DNA from: Candidatus Acididesulfobacter sp.
GTDB taxonomy: Bacteria > SZUA-79 > Acidulodesulfobacterales > Acidulodesulfobacteraceae
Length of the DNA stretch: 31,932 bases
Direction: 5' to 3'
Assembly: GCA_027365695.1 (NCBI GenBank)
Contig: DAHXMB010000053.1
Coordinates: 1-31,932 of the forward strand
Part shown: one piece after another, positions 16,706-24,913 of the stretch
How the letters are laid out: every line of letters begins with the position of its first letter
Position numbering within the stretch: position 1 is the first letter of the stretch
Notes under the pieces: generated by a model
Databases searched by the model: none
The model's input: the letters and a program-made list of their open reading frames with translations, nothing else
What the model was told of the DNA's origin: nothing
Position numbers and translations under genes: made by a program

Positions 16706-17244
16706 TGTTAACCCAAACCGCATTAGATTTAGACGGCGTTATATTCGATTACGAGAAAACTTTTCAAAAAGAAGCTTTAAAACTTGGATTTGAAGTTTCG
16801 GTTAAGCATTCCGAAATTTATAATATGGCGGACAGATACGAGATTACGGCGGAGCAGGTCTCCTTAATCAATTCAAGAATTGACTTTTCCGATATGAAAG
16901 TTTTTGACGAGGTCATAAATCTAAAGCGTCACATTAAGAATATTAAATGCTTTATAACGTCAAGCCCGAAAGAAGCTTTGCATTTAAGGAAATTAAACAT
17001 AGCTAATGTATTCGGTAAAGACATTCCCGTATATCATGCCGATACGAAAGAAAAGCATAGAATTATTTCCGAACTTGGAATAAAATATTTCATAGACGAT
17101 TATAATTTGGCAATTCATCATATAGAATTAAACTGTCCTGAGTGCAACGCTTATTGGCTCAATAGAGGTTATGGAGATTTTAGTCTGCCGGAGCCGGAGA
17201 ATAAGATAAATAGTTTGACGGAATTTTTTAAAATTAAAAAATGA
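16705..17244 (+). CDS. HAD-superfamily phosphatase (5'-nucleotidase-like)
   Basis: Motif I ALDLDGVIFD, motif II FITS, motif III K, motif IV FIDD. Confidence 0.8.
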   Translation: MLTQTALDLDGVIFDYEKTFQKEALKLGFEVSVKHSEIYNMADRYEITAEQVSLINSRIDFSDMKVFDEVINLKRHIKNIKCFITSSPKEALHLRKLNIANVFGKDIPVYHADTKEKHRIISELGIKYFIDDYNLAIHHIELNCPECNAYWLNRGYGDFSLPEPENKINSLTEFFKIKK

Positions 17245-17765
17245 TTAAAATAATTTTTAAAATATTTATATTTGCATTTATTTTGTTTTCTGCAAATAAG
17301 GTTTTTGCTTTAGGGATTTTTAATATTCCTTACAACCAGTCAGACTCTAACTTTAACAAGCTTGCAATGCGGGTGTATAATTTAAATAGTCCTTATACTT
17401 ATACCAGCGGAGCTTATACCTATAACGCTTTGCCGCTAACGACGACTATGTCAGGGTGCAAGCTGATAAGCATAATCTGCAGGACACAGGGCTTCCCGAA
17501 ACCGGTTTATTGGGCTGTGGAAAATTATAAGATTTGCTCCGGCAATATAGCGGAAGTTAAAAATACCAATATGGCGGGTTGGGATAACTTGCCAAACGGG
17601 ATTAAATCTGTTATAAATAATACTATCCAAGAATCAAGGCAATACGGCAAAGCTACTGCTAATTATTACGGATATAGGATAATAGCAAAAACCGGGGCTT
17701 ACGTCGGGACGGTATTTGTATATGTGCTTAACGGGATTAAGTTAGAAGCGATGATGAGGTTTTAA
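17241..17765 (+). CDS. Exported hypothetical protein
   Basis: Signal peptide ending VFA; ATGA overlap with the HAD gene. Confidence 0.7.
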   Translation: MIKIIFKIFIFAFILFSANKVFALGIFNIPYNQSDSNFNKLAMRVYNLNSPYTYTSGAYTYNALPLTTTMSGCKLISIICRTQGFPKPVYWAVENYKICSGNIAEVKNTNMAGWDNLPNGIKSVINNTIQESRQYGKATANYYGYRIIAKTGAYVGTVFVYVLNGIKLEAMMRF

Positions 17766-17807
17766 GTAGAAAATATTTTAAAAACATTTATAATTTAATT
17801 ATAATAT

Positions 17808-18956
17808 ATGACAAATTCTTATAAAATAATAGAAATATTAGAAGTAAAAACAATAGGTGAAGTAGAAAAAATTATCGATGCGTTTAATAATAATTTTAGT
17901 AAAAACGACGTATATTTAATTATTAAAAAAGGTAAGTTAGTACTTTATATTAAAGAAATAGATATAGACCAATTTAAGATATTTTTCGATAAAATAAATA
18001 AAAAAACAAACAGTATTGATATTAAAATAATGCAGAATATTATTAAAAAAATAAAATCTATAAAAAGTTATGGCTTAAAAAATGGTAAAAGAAATTTCGT
18101 TGATTATAATAAAGAGAGAAAAGTGAAAGAAAGAAAAAATAAAACTAAAAAACGAGTGCAATATTATTATGCAATAGATAATGACTTTATAAAAAAAAAT
18201 AATGAAATACCAAATAAATATGAAAATAAAATAATGCAAGGCGACTGTCTAAATATATTGAAGGATATACCTGATAATACGATAGATTTAATTTTTACAT
18301 CTCCGCCTTATAATTTTGGTTTGGATTATAAAAATAGTCAGGATGAACATTATTGGGATGATTATTTTAAAAAACTTTTTGAAATATTTAATGAGTGCAT
18401 AAGAGTATTAAAATGGAGTGGCAGAATTATTGTGAATATCCAACCACTTTTTTCAGATTACATTCCTTCACATCATATTATTAGTAAATATTTTATAGAT
18501 AAAAAATTAATTTGGAAAGGTGAGATTTTATGGGAAAAAAACAATTATAATTGCAAATATACGGCGTGGGGTAGTTGGAAAAGTCCAAGCAGTCCTTATT
18601 TGAAATATACATGGGAATTTTTAGAAATATTTTTAAAAGGTGATTTGAAAAAAATAGGTGATAAGACTAATATTGATATTACAGACTCTGAATTTAAAGA
18701 ATGGGTCAATGCTAAATGGAATATAGCGCCTGAAAGGGATATGAATAAATTTGGGCATCCAGCTATGTTTCCAGAAAAGTTAGCGGAAAGGGTGTTAAAA
18801 CTATTTAGCTTTAAAAACGACATTATATTAGATCCATTCAATGGCGCAGGAACAACTACAATTGTGGCTAAAAAACTGAATAGAAGATATTTAGGCATTG
18901 ATATATCGCAAGAATATTGTAAAATTGCAGAGAAAAGATTAAAAGGAGAATTATAA
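17808..18956 (+). CDS. Beta-class amino (N4-C/N6-A) DNA methyltransferase with ~140-aa N-terminal extension
   Basis: Motif IV IFTSPPY precedes motif I LDPFNGAGTT; HPAMFPEKL. Confidence 0.93.
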   Translation: MTNSYKIIEILEVKTIGEVEKIIDAFNNNFSKNDVYLIIKKGKLVLYIKEIDIDQFKIFFDKINKKTNSIDIKIMQNIIKKIKSIKSYGLKNGKRNFVDYNKERKVKERKNKTKKRVQYYYAIDNDFIKKNNEIPNKYENKIMQGDCLNILKDIPDNTIDLIFTSPPYNFGLDYKNSQDEHYWDDYFKKLFEIFNECIRVLKWSGRIIVNIQPLFSDYIPSHHIISKYFIDKKLIWKGEILWEKNNYNCKYTAWGSWKSPSSPYLKYTWEFLEIFLKGDLKKIGDKTNIDITDSEFKEWVNAKWNIAPERDMNKFGHPAMFPEKLAERVLKLFSFKNDIILDPFNGAGTTTIVAKKLNRRYLGIDISQEYCKIAEKRLKGEL

Positions 18957-18960
18957 TTAT

Positions 18961-19785
18961 ATGCCACTAACCAGAAAACAAGTTCAATATATTAAGGAAA
19001 ATATTAATCGAAACTGTGTTCATGGAAATAATATACTTTCAAAAAAAGACAAAGAAGGAATCGAATATTTTTACAATGAATATATTAAATTTTATAAAAC
19101 AATGGAGATTGATAATATTGATGATAAAATCATCTCTTTTATAAATTACAAAGATTATGTCGCTAAAAACAATAGAACAACCGATAATAAACTAATATTT
19201 TCGTCGCAATCCAAATTTGAATCCACTATTTTAGAGGAATTTTTATATCACATTTTTAAAAATCTTATTGAAGAATATGATAATATTTTTGGGGCGGGTA
19301 GTGTAAAAGCATATAATAACTTATATTTTGCACCAACAGATATAAGAAGATTTAAGGAATATAATTTTATCAATATTAATAAAAAAGACCAAGATTTCGC
19401 TATTTATAAAAACGTGATTCTAAAAGATAATAATAAATCAATAGAGTTATCTATTCCAATAATAGCAATAGAATGTAAAACATATTTAGATAAGACAATG
19501 TTAGAAGGTAGCGTTGCAACAGCAGAAAAAATTAAATCCGGCAATCCTCATTGTAAATTTTACATTGTGACAGAAACCTACGAAGTTGACTTAAATGTTG
19601 ACCCATCAACGTCAAGAATTGACAATATTTTTGTATTAAAAAAAAGCAGAAACAATAATCAAGATTATCCAATATGTTCTGATGTTATTATGAATTTATA
19701 TAACGAAATTAAAAAACATTTAAATTCTAATTGGAGTAATATTGAAGAAAATATCAAAAATAAAGGAATTATTTTTGATAAATAA
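18961..19785 (+). CDS. Type II restriction endonuclease, Bpu10I-like PD-(D/E)xK family
   Basis: KFESTILEEF, KDQDFAI, IAIECKTYLDKTM; adjacent to the methyltransferase. Confidence 0.75.
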   Translation: MPLTRKQVQYIKENINRNCVHGNNILSKKDKEGIEYFYNEYIKFYKTMEIDNIDDKIISFINYKDYVAKNNRTTDNKLIFSSQSKFESTILEEFLYHIFKNLIEEYDNIFGAGSVKAYNNLYFAPTDIRRFKEYNFININKKDQDFAIYKNVILKDNNKSIELSIPIIAIECKTYLDKTMLEGSVATAEKIKSGNPHCKFYIVTETYEVDLNVDPSTSRIDNIFVLKKSRNNNQDYPICSDVIMNLYNEIKKHLNSNWSNIEENIKNKGIIFDK

Positions 19786-20377
19786 CCCCAAGCGCATATT
19801 TATTCTCCCCGTCCTTGCCGTCCTTGCCGGCATATTAATCCTATATCCTTTTTTCTCCCGCAATTTTGCCGATATTTATTTTACCGTTAAAACCGCTTTT
19901 TCAACCCATAAGTTAATTATCCCTGCCGGTTTTAATTTAAAATATCTCGTTCTTTTCTCCGGATTAATTTTAATGTCTTTGACGGATATGCTTTTTGAAA
20001 GAATACACAGGTTTATCCCTATATTTTTAATGCTGGCGGGCGTGTTATTCACTTATATCGCAAATAAGCCCCTTATTAACGCTTTTGAGGCGTTAGGCAT
20101 AGGTTTAGGGATATTTATCCTAATCGATATTTTAAGGCTCGGTTCTTACGCCACAGGCGACGTTTTATCGGTGGGAGCGATAGGGTCATTCGTAGGGATA
20201 GAAAATATAATTATTATTTCGATATGCGCTATAATATTAGGAAAGGCCATAACTTATTTTGGCGCAAAAATAGACGGGATATTCGATAAGAGCAAGGTAA
20301 AAGCGTTTCATTTCGCTTTCGTGCCGGTTTTGTTTTTGACATCAGCGGGTATGTTTATAATCGTAAAAAATATTTAA
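19742..20377 (+). CDS. A24-family (type IV prepilin) aspartic peptidase
   Basis: Multi-TM; SLTDM and YATGDV aspartates; FAFVPVL. True start may be TTG at 19775 (AAGGAA upstream). Confidence 0.75.
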   Translation: MKKISKIKELFLINNPKRIFILPVLAVLAGILILYPFFSRNFADIYFTVKTAFSTHKLIIPAGFNLKYLVLFSGLILMSLTDMLFERIHRFIPIFLMLAGVLFTYIANKPLINAFEALGIGLGIFILIDILRLGSYATGDVLSVGAIGSFVGIENIIIISICAIILGKAITYFGAKIDGIFDKSKVKAFHFAFVPVLFLTSAGMFIIVKNI

Positions 20378-20383
20378 AACAAT

Positions 20384-20596
20384 ATGCAAGAGCTCGGAAA
20401 GATTCTTATAATAACAGGAATAGTATTAATAATTTTCGGCGTATTATTTACCTTTTTCCATAAACTGTCTTTCGGCAGGCTTCCCGGCGATATAGTAATT
20501 AAAAAAGGCAACTTTACTTTTTATTTTCCGCTGGGATTAAGCATTATCGCAAGCATAATACTGACGGTTATTTTATATTTAATAAGCAAGCATTAA
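20384..20596 (+). CDS. DUF2905-like small membrane protein
   Basis: FGRLPGDIVIKKGNFTFYFPLGLSIIASIILT. Confidence 0.85.
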   Translation: MQELGKILIITGIVLIIFGVLFTFFHKLSFGRLPGDIVIKKGNFTFYFPLGLSIIASIILTVILYLISKH

Positions 20597-20937
20597 AAAT
20601 CATCGCCAAAGCCTGAACTGCCGCTATCAAAGCTATCGTCGTTGCCGAAACTGTTAAAACTATCGTTAGAAAAGCTATCGTTGCCGAAACTATCGCTACT
20701 TCCGAAATCGTTGTCGGAATTGATAAAACTATCGCTATTATTATTAAAATCGTCAGAATCATCCATGCCGAAAGGATTGCCTTCCACATCGACGCCGCTC
20801 GTATCTCCGCTAATCATCGGTAGTCCCGAAGCGGGATTAATCGTCGTGTCGGAACTTATAATATCGTCGGAACCGTTGATACCTATAGTATCGTCGTCGC
20901 TATTGAACAAACTGCCTAACCAATTAAATATGCCCAT
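20593..20937 (-). CDS. 114-aa highly acidic low-complexity protein
   Basis: AAGGAG RBS; INPASGLPM...GVDVEGNPFG core; xxDSF repeats; own promoter. Confidence 0.8.
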   Translation of the reverse strand: MGIFNWLGSLFNSDDDTIGINGSDDIISSDTTINPASGLPMISGDTSGVDVEGNPFGMDDSDDFNNNSDSFINSDNDFGSSDSFGNDSFSNDSFNSFGNDDSFDSGSSGFGDDF

Positions 20938-20999
20938 TTTGTGTCTCCTTTATAAAAATTATTTTCGCGGACAATCATCGTTCACTGCTCTTATTTTTA

Positions 21000-21028
21000 T
21001 TTATACCGCCTAAAATATATAGAGTCAA
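21000..21028 (-). promoter_or_regulatory. Sigma70-type promoter TTGACT-N17-TATAAA for the acidic protein
   Basis: Read directly between the topA stop and the 20937 start. Confidence 0.5.
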
Positions 21029-21034
21029 ATATTT

Positions 21035-23119
21035 TTACTTTTTTGCTTTCTTTTTCATCGCCTTTTCTATAAACTCCCTGCAAACCTTAGCATTTTCTTT
21101 ATAATCCTTCGGCAGTTTCAATCCCTTTTCTTCGCTTAATTTCTCCGCAAATAATATTTGCTTATCGCTCGATTTATGCGCAGGTTGCGTTTTAAAGACT
21201 TTATCGATAAATTTAGAACATATCTCTATATTTTCTTTATACCCTTCCGGCAAACTTAAACCCTGCTCCTTCGCAAGTTTTTCGGCTAATTCAATTTGTT
21301 TATCGCTTGCTTTCGGCACGATTTTATTTTTCTCGATAAATTCCGAACAAATCTTGCCGTCGGTTTTATAACCGTCCGGCAACGCTATCCCCTGCTCCTT
21401 AGCAATACGCTCTGCATATTCTATCTGCTTCGGAGACGGAATATAATCGCCAAACGTAAAATCGATATTATGGTTTTTAAGATTATCGTAAATTTCTTTT
21501 ACTACGTCCTTATAGGTAAGTTTGCCTTTTGCTATTTCGTCTAATTTTTCTTCCATTAAAGCCGTGTAATTAACGTCGAAAAGTTTGTCGAATTTTCCGA
21601 CAAGATACTCTACCGCTTTAATGCCAAGTTCGGTCGGAATTATTTTTTTATCTTTAATCGCTATATAATACGGCTCTATCTTTGCTATCTTGCCGTCTTT
21701 GCCTTTATACGCTCTCATTTTTAAGTTTTTGATAGTCTGGGCGTAAGTGGACGGTCTACCGATGCCTTTATCTTCCAACTCTTTTATAATGGAACTTTCC
21801 GTAAATCTTGCCGGCGGCTTCGTTTTCCAATTCTTAAGATTAACGCCCAAAACGCTCGTTTTTCCTTTTTCGATACCGGATAATACGTTTTCTTCGCCTT
21901 TTTCTTCGTCGTTGTAAACCGATTTATAGCCTTTAAATTTCATTACGCTTGCATGCGCTTCGGCTATTACTCTGCCGGATTTTACCGTAATAACCGTCTG
22001 GTCGTATATGGCGGAAGACATCTGAGAAGCTATGAAACGGTTAAGGATTAAGTTATAGACCTTTAATTCGTCTTCGGATAATCCGTTAATGGATTTATTG
22101 ACGTCTGCAGGTCTAATGGCTTCGTGGGCGTCTTGGGAACCGTCTTTATTTTTATAAACGCGGTTTTCAAAATATTTATCGCCGAATTTAGAAATTATAT
22201 AGCCTTTTGCCATGCCGATAGCCTCGTCGGAAAGTCTGACGCTGTCGGTTCGCATATAAGTAATATAACCTTCTTCGTAAAGTTTCTGGGCTATCTTCAT
22301 AGCTTCTTCGCCGGATATTCCAAGCATTGAATTTACGGCTTGCTGATAGGTTGACGTGGTAAACGGCGCGGGCGGATTTCTTTTAATATCTTTATGCGTT
22401 ATATTTATTATATCTGCCAGCTTACCTTGCAAATAACCGACTATTTTTTCTGCAAGGGATTTATCCTTGATTTCCGTTAAAGTATTTTTTTCTTCTCCGT
22501 CTTTTCTAACGACCGTAGCTATAAATTTATTTCCGTTTTGCTCTAAGTTAAGTTCTACGGAGTATCTGTCTTCGGGAATAAAATTTTTAATTTCTTTTTC
22601 TCTTTCTACTATAATCCTTAACGCCGCCGTCTGCACCCTACCAGCCGATTTTGCGTCGTTTATGGCTTTTCTTAAATCGGGCGATAACCCGTATCCTATT
22701 AATCTATCCAATACCCTGCGGGCTTCCTGCGCGGAGACTAAATTCATATCTAAAGTCCTTAAATGCTTAAGCCCATCTTTTATTCCTTTTTCCGTTATTT
22801 CGTGAAACTCCGCCCTTTTATAATTTTTTAAATTTAACGCTTTGGTTAAGTGCCAGCCGATAGCCTCGCCTTCTCGGTCGGGGTCGCTTGCTATAATTAC
22901 GCTACCCGCTTTTTCCAAAGCTTTTTTAAGCTCGCCTATTATTTTATGTTTATCCGGAATAATGGAATATTTAGGTTTTAACGTTTCCAAATCGACGTTT
23001 AATTCTTTTGGGCTTAAATCCCTAATATGACCAACCGACGCTTTGACCGTATAGCCAGAGCCCAAAATTTTATTAATAGTTTGCGCCTTATGCGGCGATT
23101 CAACGATAATTAAATCCAT
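21035..23119 (-). CDS. topA: Type IA DNA topoisomerase with three C-terminal repeats
   Basis: TOPRIM IVESPHKA, ASDPDREGEAI, SAGRVQT, catalytic GYITYMRTDS, GIGRPSTYA. Confidence 0.95.
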   Translation of the reverse strand: MDLIIVESPHKAQTINKILGSGYTVKASVGHIRDLSPKELNVDLETLKPKYSIIPDKHKIIGELKKALEKAGSVIIASDPDREGEAIGWHLTKALNLKNYKRAEFHEITEKGIKDGLKHLRTLDMNLVSAQEARRVLDRLIGYGLSPDLRKAINDAKSAGRVQTAALRIIVEREKEIKNFIPEDRYSVELNLEQNGNKFIATVVRKDGEEKNTLTEIKDKSLAEKIVGYLQGKLADIINITHKDIKRNPPAPFTTSTYQQAVNSMLGISGEEAMKIAQKLYEEGYITYMRTDSVRLSDEAIGMAKGYIISKFGDKYFENRVYKNKDGSQDAHEAIRPADVNKSINGLSEDELKVYNLILNRFIASQMSSAIYDQTVITVKSGRVIAEAHASVMKFKGYKSVYNDEEKGEENVLSGIEKGKTSVLGVNLKNWKTKPPARFTESSIIKELEDKGIGRPSTYAQTIKNLKMRAYKGKDGKIAKIEPYYIAIKDKKIIPTELGIKAVEYLVGKFDKLFDVNYTALMEEKLDEIAKGKLTYKDVVKEIYDNLKNHNIDFTFGDYIPSPKQIEYAERIAKEQGIALPDGYKTDGKICSEFIEKNKIVPKASDKQIELAEKLAKEQGLSLPEGYKENIEICSKFIDKVFKTQPAHKSSDKQILFAEKLSEEKGLKLPKDYKENAKVCREFIEKAMKKKAKK

Positions 23120-23696
23120 GGAAACCTCCGTTAAATTTATAAAAAGTTAAGATTACAAAAGCTATGCCTATTAACTGAAAAACGGTATTCCAAAACAGGT
23201 CGTCGTATTTTATATGAGCCAGAGCGAACCGTTGAAACCTGCCATTCTTTTTAACGAAAATTCCTCCTTCGGTCGGCATATCCAAAAGTAGATGAAGCGG
23301 CCCGACGAATAGACCCTGTATTAATATCCAGTATTGAAATCCGCTCGGCAGAAATTTATTTCTCGGCAAATGCAACATCGCAACCGTTAAAAAAATAGCG
23401 GGCAATAATCCCCAAATAGTTGCCCTTAATAAGCTATGCGTCTTATAAGTCCTTACCGTAATAACGACTTCTTTCTTTTTCTTATTTTTACGCCCGAAAT
23501 TAAATAATCCCGAACGGTTTTTATTATCCTCCGGCAAATAAACCTTTTTCTTCTTATGTCCAAACGTATCTATTGCGGTATTGCCGATTATGGACAGTAT
23601 TCCGGCAGATATAAAAGAAGCGACAGGAGTAGTAAATAAATAACCGATAGCCGTTAGGACGCCTATACTAAATAGATTATGGGTTTTGGTTTTCAT
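23100..23696 (-). CDS. Membrane metal-dependent hydrolase, DUF1286-like
   Basis: MKTKTH, IDTFGH, RTYKTHS, GPLHLLLDMPTEGG, RFALAHIKYD. Confidence 0.7.
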   Translation of the reverse strand: MKTKTHNLFSIGVLTAIGYLFTTPVASFISAGILSIIGNTAIDTFGHKKKKVYLPEDNKNRSGLFNFGRKNKKKKEVVITVRTYKTHSLLRATIWGLLPAIFLTVAMLHLPRNKFLPSGFQYWILIQGLFVGPLHLLLDMPTEGGIFVKKNGRFQRFALAHIKYDDLFWNTVFQLIGIAFVILTFYKFNGGFHGFNYR

Positions 23697-23974
23697 TAGA
23701 AACGTGAACTATCTCTTTTTACCGTTAATATTTTTTCGACGAACTCTCCTTTTTGGATACAATCATCGTAATAGCTTTTACCGAACATATATTTATATAT
23801 TTTTTCCAGTTTCTCGCCGGATAATTCGGGAACGTCTTCTTGAGCAAATATAATGCCGAGTTCGTCTATCGCATCGAAAATATTTTCAAGCAAAATTTTG
23901 ACCCGCTCTTTAGTTTCTTTGCCCATTCTTTTCTTTATTCCTCTAAAGCGCATTTTGTCATAGTAAGCGGTCAT
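23696..23974 (-). CDS. 92-aa hypothetical protein
   Basis: AGGAG RBS; overlaps both neighbours. Confidence 0.75.
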   Translation of the reverse strand: MTAYYDKMRFRGIKKRMGKETKERVKILLENIFDAIDELGIIFAQEDVPELSGEKLEKIYKYMFGKSYYDDCIQKGEFVEKILTVKRDSSRF

Positions 23975-24225
23975 TGTTTCTCCTTTTTGAAATACCGCCG
24001 CAATAAATCTTCCGCATATTTATCCCGCAAACGGCAAATATGCACACTTAAATTATCTATACGATATTTCTTTTTGATTTTATAATCGGATAGCCCGTTG
24101 TTTATATCCGCCAGTATGTTATTTATATCTTCTAATAAATTTTCGCTGCTAACTCCGGCGCCTATTTTGGCTCCTACGCATAACTGCTCTATCTCTGCGA
24201 ACGCTTGAAACATTTTTTTCGTCAT
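23971..24225 (-). CDS. 84-aa hypothetical protein
   Basis: Overlaps the downstream gene; start lies 8 nt after the tRNA CCA. Confidence 0.65.
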   Translation of the reverse strand: MTKKMFQAFAEIEQLCVGAKIGAGVSSENLLEDINNILADINNGLSDYKIKKKYRIDNLSVHICRLRDKYAEDLLRRYFKKEKQ

Positions 24226-24233
24226 ATTTATAA

Positions 24234-24310
24234 TGGGGGCGGGAGCCGGATTCGAACCGGCGACCTCAGGACTATGAAACCTGCAAGCTACCTGACTGCT
24301 CTACCCCGCC
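24234..24310 (-). tRNA. 77-nt tRNA with CAU anticodon and encoded CCA (atypical tRNA-Met)
   Basis: GGCGGGG TA GAGC AGTCAGGTA GCTT G CAGGT TTCATAG TCCTG AGGTC GCCGG TTCGAAT CCGGC TCCCGCC C CCA folds as a cloverleaf. Confidence 0.9.
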
Positions 24311-24337
24311 AAATTCGTTATCCATTATTATTGCTCC

Positions 24338-24823
24338 TTAACTGCTTAATTGTCTTAACACTGCGTAAACTTTATTGGCGTAAATTAGTCCGGCTGTATA
24401 GTCGGCGGAATGATACGCCGCTATTCCTCTCCAGTTATAACCGTATCTTGCTATCTTTCTCGCAAGGACGTAAGCTCCGAGATACACGTCGTCGCAGGGT
24501 TTAAGCCCGTATCTTAAAGGATAATGCAACTTGTCAAACCAGAAAGAATTTACCTGCATAATACCGATATCTATCGATAAATTGCGGTATTTATCGACTA
24601 TATTTAAAGCGGCGTTATAGCTATTGGGAAAATAAGGCGTTCCTTCGACGTCTATGGCGTAAGGGTTAAATCCGCTTTCGACGTCGGCTATTGCCATAAG
24701 AACATCCTGAGGAACTTTATAAAAATTAGCCGCTTGGTTAAAGCAATAAGCCAAATCGGCGTCGGCTACGGACGGAATAAATAAAATAAGTAAAAGCGTT
24801 ATCGCTATTATTTTTTTAATCAT
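24338..24823 (-). CDS. Lytic transglycosylase (SLT/VirB1-like)
   Basis: Signal peptide; AIADVESGFNPYAI (catalytic Glu), DIGIMQVN, AYHS. Confidence 0.93.
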   Translation of the reverse strand: MIKKIIAITLLLILFIPSVADADLAYCFNQAANFYKVPQDVLMAIADVESGFNPYAIDVEGTPYFPNSYNAALNIVDKYRNLSIDIGIMQVNSFWFDKLHYPLRYGLKPCDDVYLGAYVLARKIARYGYNWRGIAAYHSADYTAGLIYANKVYAVLRQLSS

Positions 24824-24869
24824 CTAAAAAATAACCTCATAATTTTTAAAGTTTAAATAATCTTTAAAA

Positions 24870-24913
24870 TTATTGTTAGTATTATTATTATAATATGTTT
24901 GATTAAATGTCAA
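24870..24913 (-). promoter_or_regulatory. Promoter-like motif TTGACA-N15-TATAATAATAATACTAACAATAA
   Basis: Read directly upstream of the transglycosylase gene; near-identical copy at 28473-28516. Confidence 0.7.

Noticed and set aside
19808-19830. Tandem CCGTCCTTG repeat
   Set aside because: Two copies inside coding sequence (PVLAVLA); too short to mean anything.
20568-21013. ORFs 20568-20789 (-) and 20642-21013 (+)
   Set aside because: Alternate-frame and antisense shadows of the repetitive acidic gene and DUF2905; no RBS.
24234-24310. tRNA as integration (att) site of an ICE
   Set aside because: It lies inside an element operon with element genes on both sides, and no duplicate of its 3' end was found.
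24205-24504. 99-aa + strand ORF
   Set aside because: Antisense to the tRNA and transglycosylase.
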